Shown here: positions 11,526 through 25,413 of the stretch, one piece after another
Layout: the number at the start of each line of letters is the position of its first letter
How positions within the stretch are numbered: the stretch's first letter is position 1
Assembly: GCA_951406725.2 (NCBI GenBank)
Contig: OX597816.1
Coordinates: 123,814,001-123,878,000, forward strand
Source: Octopus vulgaris
Taxonomy: Eukaryota
Direction: 5' to 3'
Length of the DNA stretch: 64,000 nt
Made by a program: the position numbers and the translations under genes
Notes under the pieces: model-generated
Database searches by the model: none
What the model saw: the letters and a program-made list of their open reading frames with translations, nothing else
Told to the model about the DNA's origin: nothing

Positions 11526-13013
11526 CTTTGTGTGTATGCATATGTGTAGATATCAATGAAATTAAATGCAATCCATTGTTAAATGGAACTGATGGTTAGG
11601 TGTTTATTTGATGATTGATGACATTTCCAGGATGAATTGTCCTAACTGTTATTCCTGAGATTGTGGTAGAGTATGCTATCTATATTCACATGACTGGAAT
11701 GGTAGCTTGATAAAGGATCTTGACTCTTTTGATACCAACATGCCTGCCTTTCTTTCTATGATACAAGCTTCATGTTTTAAAGTGATCTAATGTAAAGCCT
11801 TCCAGAAAATCTAATTTTAATTTATTTTCCAAACACCAGATTAATAAGATCACAGTTATTTCATAAAGATTTTCATTATTTAGAAAATTAATTGAAATTA
11901 AAACAGTGTGCTTCAGCAGATGTATGGTAACAAATGGGTTAAGTAGTAGAGCAAGATAAAAACATGTTTTAAATGTGTATTAGCAAAGCTTTGCAGGATA
12001 AAAATAAGTTTAACAAAACAAGAAAAGTATCAGTCAGAGTGAAAATAAGCTCACAAAATTGAACAGCACTGTATAACAAAATTTTAATGTTTTTTTGTCT
12101 TTGTTTAATAAGTGTTATTTGCTATTTGCTTCTAGCTAGAAATCTAAGGAAATGACTACTATTCCCTTCAAAACTTTACTTTTGTGATCCTGGACATCAC
12201 TGTTTTGAAACTTACCTATTTTCCATTACAATTCAGACAGATTCAGTGTTTCAATCAGATTTCCATTACATTTCAGAGAGAGTTGCTGAAGCAGAAATAC
12301 TGTTGCAGTAAATATTATGCCCAATGCCACAGATTTACTTGTCAGTTGCTTGACCGTAACCAGTTGAGCATATCCCTTAGTGGCTGACAATATGTACATC
12401 TCTGATCATGGACAGGAGTGGTGGAAGAGCATCACAGCCATGTGTTGAGAGGGATTATTTGGAGTTTTAATAAATGTAACAAAAGCAAAGTTTGAAAGAA
12501 ATATTATTATAATCCATATGAAATTATTCTATTTTGTACCCAATATTGAACATCACTTGCTAACAAATCTCATCTCAGATTTCATAGGTGTTTCATCTTA
12601 AAGAGTACCTCTGACATGGCTTTACAATTAGAACTTCATTGTCAGTAAGAAAAGAATTCAAAACATGGTTCCTGGAAATTGTTTAGGTCATGTAAAATAA
12701 TATAAAGCTTTTGATTAACATCACATAAAAATTTAGCAATGAATTTAAAGTAACTTATTCATATTAATCAATGAGACCATCAGAAATAAAATGAAAATTG
12801 GATGTCAATAAAAACATTCATATGCTGATTAAATTTCCACAAATGAATCAACAAGAGAACAAGATTATTTTGCAGCTAAAAGGACTTGGCTTGAGCTGAA
12901 AGATAAGAATGTGCATATAGCCTAGAGTTAAATACTGATTAGTAAACATCATTTGCAAAATGGTCTTGCTTAAAATGCAGGAAAAGAAAAGACAAGGATA
13001 AATGTTATTTTAC

Positions 13014-13410
13014 CTTTTATTGGTTTTAGTCATTGGACTGCAGTCATGCTGGTGCCACTGCCTTGGAGAGTTTAGTTAAACAAATTTATCCATTTACTTA
13101 TTATTTTACAGTCTGGTACTTATTCTATTGCAATTTTTACTGAATTGCTAAGTTAGAAGGATGTAAATAAACCAGCACCGGTTGTCAAGTGATGGTAGAA
13201 GAACAAACAGAACCCCACCAACACAAACACACATACACACTCACACATATGGTGGGCTTCCACACAGTTTCTGTCTACCAAATTCACTCAAGACATTGGT
13301 TGATCTGGAGCTATAATAGGCAACACTTGGCCAAAGTGACATACAGTGGGACTTAACCCAAAAGCTTGTGGTTGCAGTGAGCTTCTAAACCACTAAGACA
13401 TGCCTGCAAA
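13014..13410 (-). mobile_element. tRNA-derived SINE, diverged
   Basis: Colinear with 5173-5568. Confidence 0.7.
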
Positions 13411-13419
13411 GCAAATCCA

Positions 13420-13945
<526 letters not shown>

Positions 13946-14387
13946 TCCAGATTACAAAAGCATCGGAACGTAAAGTACACAAAATTTTCTGGCTTAACAA
14001 AATGTACATTCTATAATAGATTGAATTAGATGGACCACTCAAAGAACTTTCAAGAAATATAACCAGTATATCCCAAAAAGCTTATGATGCAGCTTCTAAT
14101 ATCACACAGTCCAAGTTTCTGTGAGATAAAAAAATGTAGAAATGACTAATGTTGATGAATAAGGGATCTTCTCTCGATACAAAAAATTGGATTTTGTTAG
14201 ATATGTTAGATATATGGAAGAAATATAAATGTTTTAAGGTAATAAACCCTACTTACAGAAATCAAAGGATCAGCACAAATTGGAGAAGAGCAAGTTGAAA
14301 GTAACCTGTTCTCCACACAATGCGAACTCATTAGGAAGGTTACTGGCAAGGAAAGGACAGAACTACAGATCTTAATAGGTATTGGTT

Positions 14388-14423
<36 letters not shown>

Positions 14424-15361
14424 CATGCATACATATAAATATATATATACATATGAGAGAGAGAGGGTGAAAGATGGTTGGGCTGATACGTAGATGTGAT
14501 GTGAAAAGATAATACTTGATTGATGGTAAATCCCTTAGCTCTGTGGTAGAAGTTACCTATAGAAGATGTAGATAAATAAAGAGATGGAATTGTTAGATAG
14601 AGTTGTGAGAAGACAGGACTTCATAGATCTCGTAAGACAGGATCGAGATTACTGGAAAGATGTATTACAGATCTATTTAATTCCGCCTAGCATAGACAAA
14701 AATAAACACAAAAAAACTCTGCAAAAAACAAAAAAAAAACCTGGCACTAAAATGGTTATGGCAATGATGGTAATAGAAATAAACATACATATATATACAC
14801 ATCCATATATGCACAAGTGTATGCATGTATGTATGTATGTATGTATATATGTATGTATGTGTGTCTGTATGTAAGTTTGTATATGTGTTTGTGTGTGTGT
14901 ATGTGAGTGTAGTATATATGTATATATATTTATCTATCTCGGCATATAAAATCAATAGATGAGAAAACTAATATAGGTGAAATGTTATCAGATAATTATC
15001 TGCATGATACATCACTTCTTCCCATGACTGAGTTCTATTACAGTTTTTACTGGAGTATAATATATCAGCATGTTACTGCTGAATGTGATAAACTAATATA
15101 ACTGAGGTGTTGGTAAGGTTAGACTCACTGTTCTATGAAACAATTTTGTATAAAGGTTATATCACTGACTATATACTATAGACTTTTAACTATCTTGGCT
15201 GGTTGCTTCTTATCATCAATGTTTTGTGAGATGATATTTTCAATATCTGGATTTTTGTTCATTTTGTATAGTGTAAATCAAATTAAAATCTGAATTTGTC
15301 TTTCGTTAAAAAAAGGAAGAAAGAAAAAAGAAAGAAAAGAAGCGATAGAATATATATATAT

Positions 15362-15398
<37 letters not shown>

Positions 15399-16134
15399 CA
15401 TACATACAAATATATAAATAAATATATATATATATATTCAATAGTTGTTGAGATGAGTGAAATATTGAACTCACCAGTTAAGTTTCTAAAATAAGAATTA
15501 ATAAATAAATAAAAAAAATAATGCATCAACAACAAAAAAAAACTAAGCAAATATGACATGAATAAATAAATCAACCTAAGCTAAAAATATTGTACTTACA
15601 TCAAATAAGAGAAATCTTTTATTTTTCTTTTCTAAATTTATTTATTTATTCTAAGCTGATTTTTTCTAAAGGCTAATAAAAATTCCTATGATATCAAAAT
15701 GGCTTTATCTAATTGGAAATGGAAGATAAATATTACAAAAGAATGGTGTTTTTCGAAATTAGAAGCAGGAATGGTAAATGATTGCTGGTAGACTTGCAAT
15801 AAAATCTTGGAATAAGAACAAGCTATCGTGGTCTAGTATTAGTTGTTATTCTGTTAGGACAATAATGATATGAGATTTTAACACAGAAGGTTTTATTGTA
15901 AGATATGACGAAGTTCCAAAATTATTAATGGAAGATTACCAAATTCTTCTTTCCCAACAGAACATATCCAGATATCTGATGGAAAAGGAATTTATGAAAA
16001 TAAAATGAAATAACATGAAATGAATTAAATAAAAGCTTGCCTGAGCCATAATAGATAATACAAATTTCCAATAGAAATATGAATATGTGCATCCACATAC
16101 ATACATACATACATATACAATATACATACACATA

Positions 16135-16170
<36 letters not shown>

Positions 16171-16204
16171 TGTATGTATGTATGTATGTATGTATGTATG
16201 TATG

Positions 16205-16255
<51 letters not shown>

Positions 16256-16739
16256 GTATATGTACTGGCAGACACAGACACACACACACACACATATATG
16301 GTTTCATATATGTAATATAGTATGGAAAACTTTAACCGAGATTATTCAAGCAATTAGTAGACAAAAAGTATATACAACAGTGTTTAAAATCTATCAAAGA
16401 AAAAAAAACAAAAATAATATTAAGGGTGATAAGATCAGTTGATTGAAATTTTTCAATAATACAGACACTATAGATTGCTGTGGAGCTGGATTTTAAAACC
16501 AACTAGTGAAAATAACAGACATGTTTTTATTTAACAAGACCTCAGCAGTGAATATTCTAATCAATTGGCAAGACTAAGAATGATTAATAAATCTAAAAGA
16601 TGAGGGAATATAATGATGTTGAAAACAGTGTAAAAGTCTTATCATGGATCCATCATGAATTATGCCAATGCTAGTGGGGCTTTTAATACCCACCCCCAAA
16701 TAACCCCCAACAACTACAAAGAATAAAATAATATCCCTT

Positions 16740-17120
16740 GGCAGGCATATCTGTGTGGTAAGAAGTCTGCTTCTCAACAACAAGGTTCTGGGTTCAGTCC
16801 CACAAGTGTCTTCTACTATAGACTTCAGCGTACCAATGCCTGGTGAGTTGATTTTTGTAGGCAAAACCTCAAAGAAGCCCATCATGTGTATATCTGTGTG
16901 TGTGTGTGTATGTGTCTTTGTCTTTATATTCCACTACTGCTTGATGACCAATATTGATGTGTTTATATCCCTATAACCAGTAGTTCAACAAGAGAGACCA
17001 ATAAAATAATTATGAGGCTTAAGAACATAAATACAAGTGTTAATTTGTTTGACTAAAATTCTTCAAGGTTGTCTCCCAACATAGCCACTGTCTAATGACA
17101 GAAACAAGTAAAAGATAAAC
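16740..17120 (+). mobile_element. tRNA-derived SINE, diverged
   Basis: GTGTGGTAAGAAG...GGTTCTGGGTTCAGTCCCAC...GAAACAAGTAAAAG; same family as 5173-5568. Confidence 0.65.
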
Positions 17121-17356
17121 GATAAATACATACATACATACATACATGCATACATACATGCATTCATATATATATATACATATACATATACATACACACA
17201 CACACATATACACATAAAGTATGGGGGTTTAGTTCACAGGTGATCTAAATGATAAGGTATGCTAGGTAAGTGCTGTAACGGATTACTAGGGATCCAAGGT
17301 TATAGCCGAGATGGTAGTTATGGAGCCATCGTAGATTTTCAAAGCAATGGATATAC

Positions 17357-17539
17357 AATTGTTAAACAGGACAGCAAACATTCAGGCATTTTTTCCCTAT
17401 TTGTCTCTGATGACGAAATATCTCATACTCATGGATATCCCAGAAACAGCTGTAAGATTTTGAATTTTTCCAATAATAATATTGTATATGACATGAGATG
17501 TTTGCCTTGCCTTAATGTTTGCTGTCCTGTTTAACAATT
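17357..17539 (+). mobile_element. Short PLE-type relic: hammerhead motif enclosed by 32-bp inverted repeats
   Basis: IR 17357-17388 versus 17508-17539 (1 mismatch). Internal GTCT-CTGATGA-[GAAATATC...GATATCCC]-GAAA-CAGCTG-TA-AGAT at 17403-17458. (TA)n follows. Confidence 0.6.
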
Positions 17540-17687
17540 ATATATATATATATATAACAATTACATATATATATATATACAGACAACCTTATTTTTAGTT
17601 GTAAAAAATTATTACCTTTGTATGGTATTTATTCCCATGCTGGCCACTTGATAATATCGATATTTAAATATTGATATTATCCTTATT

Positions 17688-17724
<37 letters not shown>

Positions 17725-18199
17725 TGTTTATTTGTTTAAGGTTCACTTTGCTATGCTTGCATTGGTTGCATGAATATGTTATTTGAGAAATTGTTTTACA
17801 GTTCAGAGCCATTTCTCAATTAAAATTCCTCTATTTTACATGGCTTTGAAGGCACAAAGTTCTTGGATAACTTGTTGACTTGCCATACGTTTGAACAAAC
17901 ACTTGCAGATCTAGATAAATGTGCAGGCATACACACATGCACATATACATATGCATATATGTACAGACACACTTACAAGCATACATACATTCATAGTACA
18001 TACATAGTGCAGCCCTTGGAGTTCCAAGATGCTCTCTAAATGCAAATTAGGCCATATTTCTGTGGAAAACATCACACATGTGATTAGCAGGTGCCCAAAA
18101 ATGTCATTAAGGTTCTACCTCCCTGTGCAACATGATGCTGTTGCAAAAAACAATATACAAAGCCATTTGGAAAAAAAAGTGTCTTAGAATAAATATAGA

Positions 18200-18625
18200 G
18201 AATCTCCCTTTTATTGAATATGTACACAAACATGAACACAAAGAATACTGGTAGAACATTCCCATTGAACCTTCTGTCAAATGTAGACATAACTAGCCAG
18301 ATATTGTTGTTTGGGACTGACAAGTAAAAGTATGTACCATCATAGAGGTCAGCTGGCCTGCTGATGTGAATATCTCTGAAAATCAAAGAGAATGAAGATA
18401 ACTATGGACAGCTGCTTCGAAACCTTCAGTTTCTATATTTGGATTACAAATTTACATTTATACCAATAACAATTGAAGCGCTAGGTTTTGTAAGTAAATG
18501 CCTAACTGTCAGTCTGGATAAGCTTGGATTTTCAGAAAAAGAAATCAACCACCTAACTTGCACATTACAAATACAATCTGTATGCGGTACAGTAAAACTA
18601 TGCAAGACTCTTATAATGTTTAAAA
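18200..18625 (+). pseudogene. C-terminal REL-endonuclease fragment of an R2-group (R4/Dong-like) non-LTR retrotransposon
   Basis: EVSWPADVNI...ENEDNYGQLLRNLQFLYLDYKFTFIPITIEALG...LQIQSVCGTVKLCK is typical of the REL C-terminus; disrupted. Confidence 0.55.
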
Positions 18626-19999
18626 TGAGAAATTGTTTGCATTATCTACATTCCAAAGATGGAACTTTGCATCTTCTTTAGAAACCAGCTCCTTCTTCAG
18701 AGGAAGAATTTTAATGATTAAGTACAGAAGAGACACACATACATAAATATATACATACAAATATGCAACCATACATGCATATACATTCATAGTCATTTTG
18801 CAGTTTCTACAGTAAAGGTTAGTATGAGTTAATAGTATACTGGCGACTTGCAACTTATATAAAATGTTGATGTTAAAGTTTAGCACAAGTTAATAGTATA
18901 CTGATGACTTGTGATTCCTATAAAATGTGTCCATAAAAATATCTGTGACAATTAATTGCAAGGATAAACTGTCTCTAAACTTTCTTCAGGGTAAAACATG
19001 TAAAAAGGCTACCTGATCATAAAATTTAGCAAATGAACCAAATAAAAGCAATGCTATTAAATAGGTAAATAAGATGCTCTATTTCTTCAGTATTTTGTTT
19101 ATTAAAGTTAGATGATATGGATATTTTTCAGAATAAAATAATATTCACAGAATAAGCAATCTATCTATTTTCAAAGCAGAAACCACCAAGAGAGCAAGCA
19201 ATCTAAAAACCTGTGTTGTTTTTCAAGAAGAAAAAAAAATACCATACATAGAAATTTCAGGAAGTAAATCTTTTACAAAGCTCATTAGCATAAGAGTTTT
19301 GAGCATACCATTTCACAGCATGGAGCATAATTGAGTTTTACTCTTTTTAACTTACTGAATGCACATTCATCACAGAATTGCATGAATGCTAAACTAAGAA
19401 TAAATTTGAGTATGCAGATGCATGCTATGAATAATTATATAGGATATAGAAAAAGTAAAGAATTCTTACACGACTTTACGGAAATGCAATGTGAACTTGA
19501 ATTTATAACAGGATGTGTTTGAAGTATGTTTGACTCTGATTCTAAAGGTCTGTTGCAAATACTTCATTCAAAGATTTTGAAGTGCAGTCAAAGTTTAAGA
19601 TAAAAGAGTACAATCTTTTGCAGAATTTTTGCTTGACCAGACTTAGATGATTTCAGATGTTTGCCAGTACTTCTGATGATAAGGAATTTTTCTAGAGTTC
19701 CCCTAAAGGATGTGTATCAAAACATGCTATATCTTTTATGACTTCACAGTTGTTCAAAAATTGCTCACCAATACTCATGATGATTTGGTCAGTTACTCAA
19801 TGAAACACTTCTGCCATGTAGTAATTTACTGGATGATCAATTCTTTGCTCTTTTTTGAGTTTAGTTGTCATTTATTTATTTATTTATTTATTTATTATGT
19901 TGCTCTGTTTGTAGTTCGACAATTGCTGTGTTGTCTTAACATTTTATGCTTTCATTCTGTGGATCCCCACTTCATTTGATGAAGTGCATTTTCTTTTGA

Positions 20000-20165
20000 T
20001 GCAGGTATGTCTATATGTCTAAGAAGTTTGCGTTCCAACCACATGGTACGGTTTCAATCCAACTGCTTGGCACCTTGGACAAGTGTCTTCTACTATACCT
20101 CTTTCTAACCAAAGCCATGTTAATGGATTTCCTTGATGAAAACTGAAAGAAACCAATTGTAGACA
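20000..20165 (-). mobile_element. tRNA-derived SINE head fragment
   Basis: CAACCACATGG...GGCACCTTGGACAAGTGTCTTCTACTATA...GAAAACTGAAAGAAAC; homologous to 13420-13570. Note: the head reads on the + strand, so orientation is uncertain. Confidence 0.5.
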
Positions 20166-21009
20166 CATACACCCACACACGCACATATGTACATATGTAT
20201 GTATGCATGCATGTATGTATGTATGTATGTATGTGTATGGGTGTATATGTGTGTGTATGTATGTATGTGTGTATGTGAGTGTATGTATGTATGTATGTAC
20301 ATGCATATGTATGTATGCATGTATGTATGTATGTATGTATGTATGTATGTATGTATGTGTGTGTGTGTATGTATGTATGTATGTATGTATGTATGTATGT
20401 ATGTATGTATGTATGTATGTATGTATGCAGGCTATTATTCAGTTTTATTTCAAGATTTCTTTCCAATAGAGAAGGAGCCAGCTTCTAACTCTGATCCAAA
20501 GCTCCTTCACTGGAATTTCAACAATATCAACAGTGTATTTTTGCATGTATGTGTGTATGTGTGCAGTTTTTAGATTCAGTGCATGTGCAGATTTGTTTTG
20601 TTTGATATGTGTATTCTCATATATATATTGCATATCTAAACATGCACATTGCACATATATATTTCAATAATAAACTTCTCTATGTATGTATGTATGTATG
20701 TATGTATGTATGTATGTATGTATGTATGTATGTATGTATGCATGTATGTATGTATGCATGTATGTTTGTATACATGTATATGCTTCTATCTTCTTACCTT
20801 GACAAAGTGTGATTGTTGTAAATGAGAACCACTTGTCATTCAAGTGGGTCTCTTTATTTCCAGTTTTCTGTAAAAGCATGTCCACACCTGAGAAAATAAT
20901 ATCTTGCTTGGAAACAAGTGCTTCCTAGCAACAGGAAGGATATCCATCCATCAAAAATTAACTGCCTTAACATATTCCATCTAACCAAGGCAAGCATGGA
21001 AAGGAGATA

Positions 21010-21900
21010 TTCTTTTCTACTCTAGGTACAAGGCTCGAAATTCTTGGAGAGGGGGCCAGTGGATTATATCGTCCCCAGTACGCAACTAGTACTTAATTTA
21101 TTCACCCCCAAAGTCGACCTTGGCAGAATTTGAACTCAGGATATAAAGACAGACAAAATACCTATTTCTATTTCTTTGCTACCCTAAACACAGAGGGGAC
21201 GGACAAGGACAGACAAACAGATTAAGTCGATTATATCGACCTCAGTGCATAACTGGTACTTATTTAATCGACCCCGAAAGGATGAAAGGCAAAGTCAACC
21301 TCGACGGAATTTGAACTCAGACCATTGCGGCAGACAAAATACCGCTAAGCATTTCACTCGACGTGCTTACATTTCTGCCAGCTCGCTGCCTTATGGAAAT
21401 ATTAAAATGGTGATGGTGATGCCTACCTATTTTTTCTGTGTTATATATATATTTTTTCCATCAGTGATGGCATTCTACTGATGAAATACGTTGATTACTA
21501 AAAGCAAAAATTTATAATTGGGACTAATAACTTAGCTGTTTTTGCAAAACATTTTAATATTATATGGATTCATTACATTTTTGAGAGCTAGGTATTTTTC
21601 GAGCACTTCTCATACATTTTATCCATCTTCAAAAATGAGCACTTATAAAGATTTCTAAATATAAACATTTTAAGCATAGAACTATTGGTTTCAAATTTTG
21701 GCACAATACCAGAAACATCAAGTAAGTGGGTAAGTCGATTAGATAGACCCCAGTATTCAACTGGTACTTAGTTTATCAACCCCAATAAGATGAAAGGCTA
21801 AGTCAACTTTGATGGAATTTGAACACAGAATGTAAATACATGCGAAATGTTGCTACTCCTTTTGCCCAGCATACTTTCATTCAATTCTGCCACCTTGTCA
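21010..21900 (-). mobile_element. Cluster of a second SINE family (three partial copies)
   Basis: Recurrent CCCCAGT..AACTGGTACTTATTT..TCGACCCCGAAAGGATGAAAGGCAAAGTCAACCTC..CGGAATTTGAACTCAG at ~21070, ~21240 and ~21745. Related plus-strand relics at ~31190 and ~33210. B-box-like GAGTTCAAATTCC on the minus strand. Confidence 0.6.
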
Positions 21901-24059
21901 CCTTTACAAACGTAGAAATATTAACATTAATTGATTTGAAGTTTGAAGGTACTAAGGTATTAATTGTAACTTTATCATGGCAGAAATCCCAGAATTGAAA
22001 GTTAGAGCTCTAGTAACTAAAATCTGACCCCACTTAGATCAGATGATGTACTCTGAATATTAGCCAATCAGTTTGCAGAAACATCACCCCATATCAGAGA
22101 ATGTGCTATCATGCTCAAGATGTTCCCTGTGAATAGGGGTAATATAAGCAAAAGTGCACCAGAATCAGCACAGAGGTTTGAGAAAGTTCCAGAGAAGTTA
22201 AATGAAAACAGGATTCTTGGTCCCTGCTCAATCTGTATTTAAAAAATTACTTCATCTTCAATGTAATTTTCTAAGCATGTACCATGAACACAATGTCTTC
22301 ATCTCTCACCACACAAATAAATAGCCAGCCAGTTCTTAGTCAAAACAAATCAGAGTACTTAAGAAGAGAAAATTACTTGGTCACAGCTCAACCTTGGGTT
22401 AAAGGAATTGTCAGCCAGGAAGAACAGAATATTTTTCCTGCCTCTCTCTACTTCTAGCCCAATACACTACTGATAAGCATCTCTATAATTATGTAAATAT
22501 TGTGATATACTTCTGTAAAAATAAGTGTTAACCAAACAGGTTTGAAGATGAGTTTATTATGAGACAGCACGCAGCTTAGCATCATACTAACATAACAATG
22601 CACATTTAATCATAGCCACAGCACCCAAATCACATGGCCAAGGACATGAAGTGTATATAACCTTATTTTATAGTTAAGTCTAAAATAGCTAAAATCATGA
22701 AAAGTCATGAATAATAAAAGTCTGTGAAACATTGTTTATTGATAAAATAAACTGTTTTATTGAATTTTTAATTGCAAACACGCCTCAGTTGACTACTTAT
22801 TTTTTTTAATATTTAATGAACAAATTGATATTAATCATTTGAATGATATATGTATGTACGCTGTATGTGTGTGTGAAGATATGTGGCTGAGGGGTTAAGG
22901 TGTTGCACTCACAATCACAAGATCGTGGTTTCAATGTCAGAACAGGGAGGTATTATACATTGTATTCTTGGGCAAAACACTTCACCTCACACAGCTGTAA
23001 ATGAGCTAACCTGCGATAGACTGGCGTCCTGTTTAGGTCAAATATCAATAACTCAGTCCCTTATATGCCATAGGTGAGTCCACCTAATTTAAGAACTACA
23101 ATCATACAAGAAAGCACATTATGACCAACGGCATATAACAACATTCAGTTGTCTGGTTAATACAGTAATATGTACGTATGTGTGTGGTGGGGATTCAAAA
23201 CCTTGTAGCAAGTCAAGAGAGCTATTTTTGTTACCGTGTTGTAGCACAGTTGTGCTATGGCAACTCTAACCAATCAGGGCTGGGCATGTATTAATGCCAA
23301 AAGCAGTTCTCTGCACAAGAAGAGAGATGGGTGTTTTAACCAGTTAGCAGAAAAATAGCAGACAAGCAACATTGCTTCTTCAGCATGGGAACAGCCTCTT
23401 TGTTTTTCACACCAACTTTGCACTGCCAGTTCTGAATTATAACAGCCCTCAGTTTTGATCACATCATGAGCAGTATATTTTCAAATCTTTCACTGACTCA
23501 TGCACATACGCAGCTACTTTCATATTACTTGTCAGCTCTTGATATCCTTTAATAAATCAAAATATTTTGTATAAAAATGCCTAATATTTTCATTACACAT
23601 GCTTCTCAAAAGCTCCCTTAGGTGAGAACCAGGTGAGTTGAGCCAAAAGGAGAGTTGATCCATCCCCTAGAACTACCACTTGCATTCCATAAAGAAAAGT
23701 TCAAACACCCTCTGTTGGTCACATATCTTTCTTTTCAGTTAAGGCAAATAGTTACATAACAACTCTGGGGACATGAGGGGAAGGAAGAACTCTAAATTGC
23801 TCAAGAAAGTGGATTTCAGAGTTAGAGGTAAAACCCTTTCTATCATTTACCTAGGGACAGTTATTTCTATGGTATTGTAGGCAACATGTAGCCTATGCAT
23901 TGTAGATTTTGATTGAATTTGATACAACTGCTTTGAAGTGAGGCAAAGTACATGTCAAAATGGCCAACCTGAGGGAGAGACGAGCCATTGATCATTAGGA
24001 GACTAGATCCATGGCTCACCTGTCCTTTTCTCTAAATTAAGATACCAATAGTATCAATA

Positions 24060-25400
24060 ATCGAAATATATAAGCTGGGGAAGATACGGACGGTCATGAT
24101 GCTGAGAGAATTGAAGGATATGGAAATCAGGCATAACCCACCAGAGGTGAAAGCAGCCAGGAAGTGGAAAGCAGAAGCAGAAACTGACGACATCTTGTCT
24201 TCTCTTATACACAGAGATATGGTGGGAGCAACGCATAACTATCGGAAAGGACTTGGTTTTGGTGCAGATCAGTTCAGACCGTTTGCAAGCATGATGTGGA
24301 GTGAACACAGATCTGTTGTTAGCAACAGAATCAAAACAAGAGAAGCAGAGAAAAGAGAGCTTCATTTGATCCGATGTTTTCATCAAGGTCAGATGACGAG
24401 ATGGGAAGAACATGTTGTTGAGAGGAAGATAAGTTGGGATTAGATATGGAAGTGGACGACATCTCAGCTGAGTTTCCTGATTCGTTCATCTTATGATGTT
24501 TTGCCATCACCTACGAATCTAGTAAGATGGAACGTCTCAGAGAATGACATCTGCAAATGCGGAAGGGTTGGTACACTGAAACATATTCTTTCCGACTGTT
24601 CATTAGCATTGAACAGGTATACATGGAGACACAACTTGGTCCTTAAGGTTATCTTCAATGCTATAAAGAACCAAATTCATCTCAACAACACTGAGAAAAA
24701 AACTGTTAAAAGTACCATCTAGAGATTTTGTTACCTTCGTGCGACCAGGTCAGCGGATCCGTTTCAAGAAGAAGATCAAGAAACTTCCTGTGAGAGATGA
24801 AAAGTGGAACGGCTATTGGGAGGTAACAGTAGATTTACCTGGGTGCCAGGTTTTCTTTCCCATCCCAATTACGAAAAAACCAGATATTTTGATGTGGTGT
24901 GAAAGAAAGAAAGTTGTAAATATAGTCGAGGTAACGGTTCCTCGGGCTCGAAAATTTAACCGTTATGTAAACCTCCTCAAGGAATGTGAAGACGCAGGCT
25001 GGAAAGTGGAACATTTTCCAATCAAAGTCGGATGTAGAGGGTTTGTTGGACACAGTGTGAGACAACTGTTGTTATCGCTAGGCCTAACTCATCGTAAAGT
25101 CAATACCACCATGACTGATATTCAATCTACAGTGGAGAAGGCTAGCCACTGGATTTGGTTAAAAAGAGATGATGTGCGATGGCTAGAAGGATATTGAGCT
25201 TAATTTGATAACCAGCTGATCTAGCAAGCAGGGCCTCATATCAGTGAGGGGGGCCCGGTGTGCATTGATGCCATCGAGAGGTAGGCCCCGAAACAGTGTG
25301 CATTCTCTCCTGATGACCCCATACACTTGCTGGCTTCCAGTATACGGAGCTTTTGACTGGTAGCACTTGCATGTGCAAGTTGTTTGCAAGACATATACAT
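24060..25400 (+). pseudogene. 3' part of a HERO-like (R2-group) non-LTR retrotransposon: CCHC knuckle plus REL endonuclease, disrupted
   Basis: ORF pieces 24096-24443, 24444-24722 and 24739-25197: QGQMTRWE..ERKISW*IWKW..LSFLIRSSYDVLPSPTNL, CKCG..GTLKHILSDC, RYTWRHN, KKPDIL..VEVTVP..KFNRY, VGCRGFVG..EKASHWIWLKR. Confidence 0.8.
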
Positions 25401-25413
25401 TTTTTTTCAGACG

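Noticed and set aside
25245-25325. CGAAAC and CTGATGA in the HERO-like 3'UTR as a hammerhead
   Set aside because: Motif order would need a type II fold, but the flanking strands (GGCCCC and CCCC) cannot pair as stem II and no stem III/UH is found.
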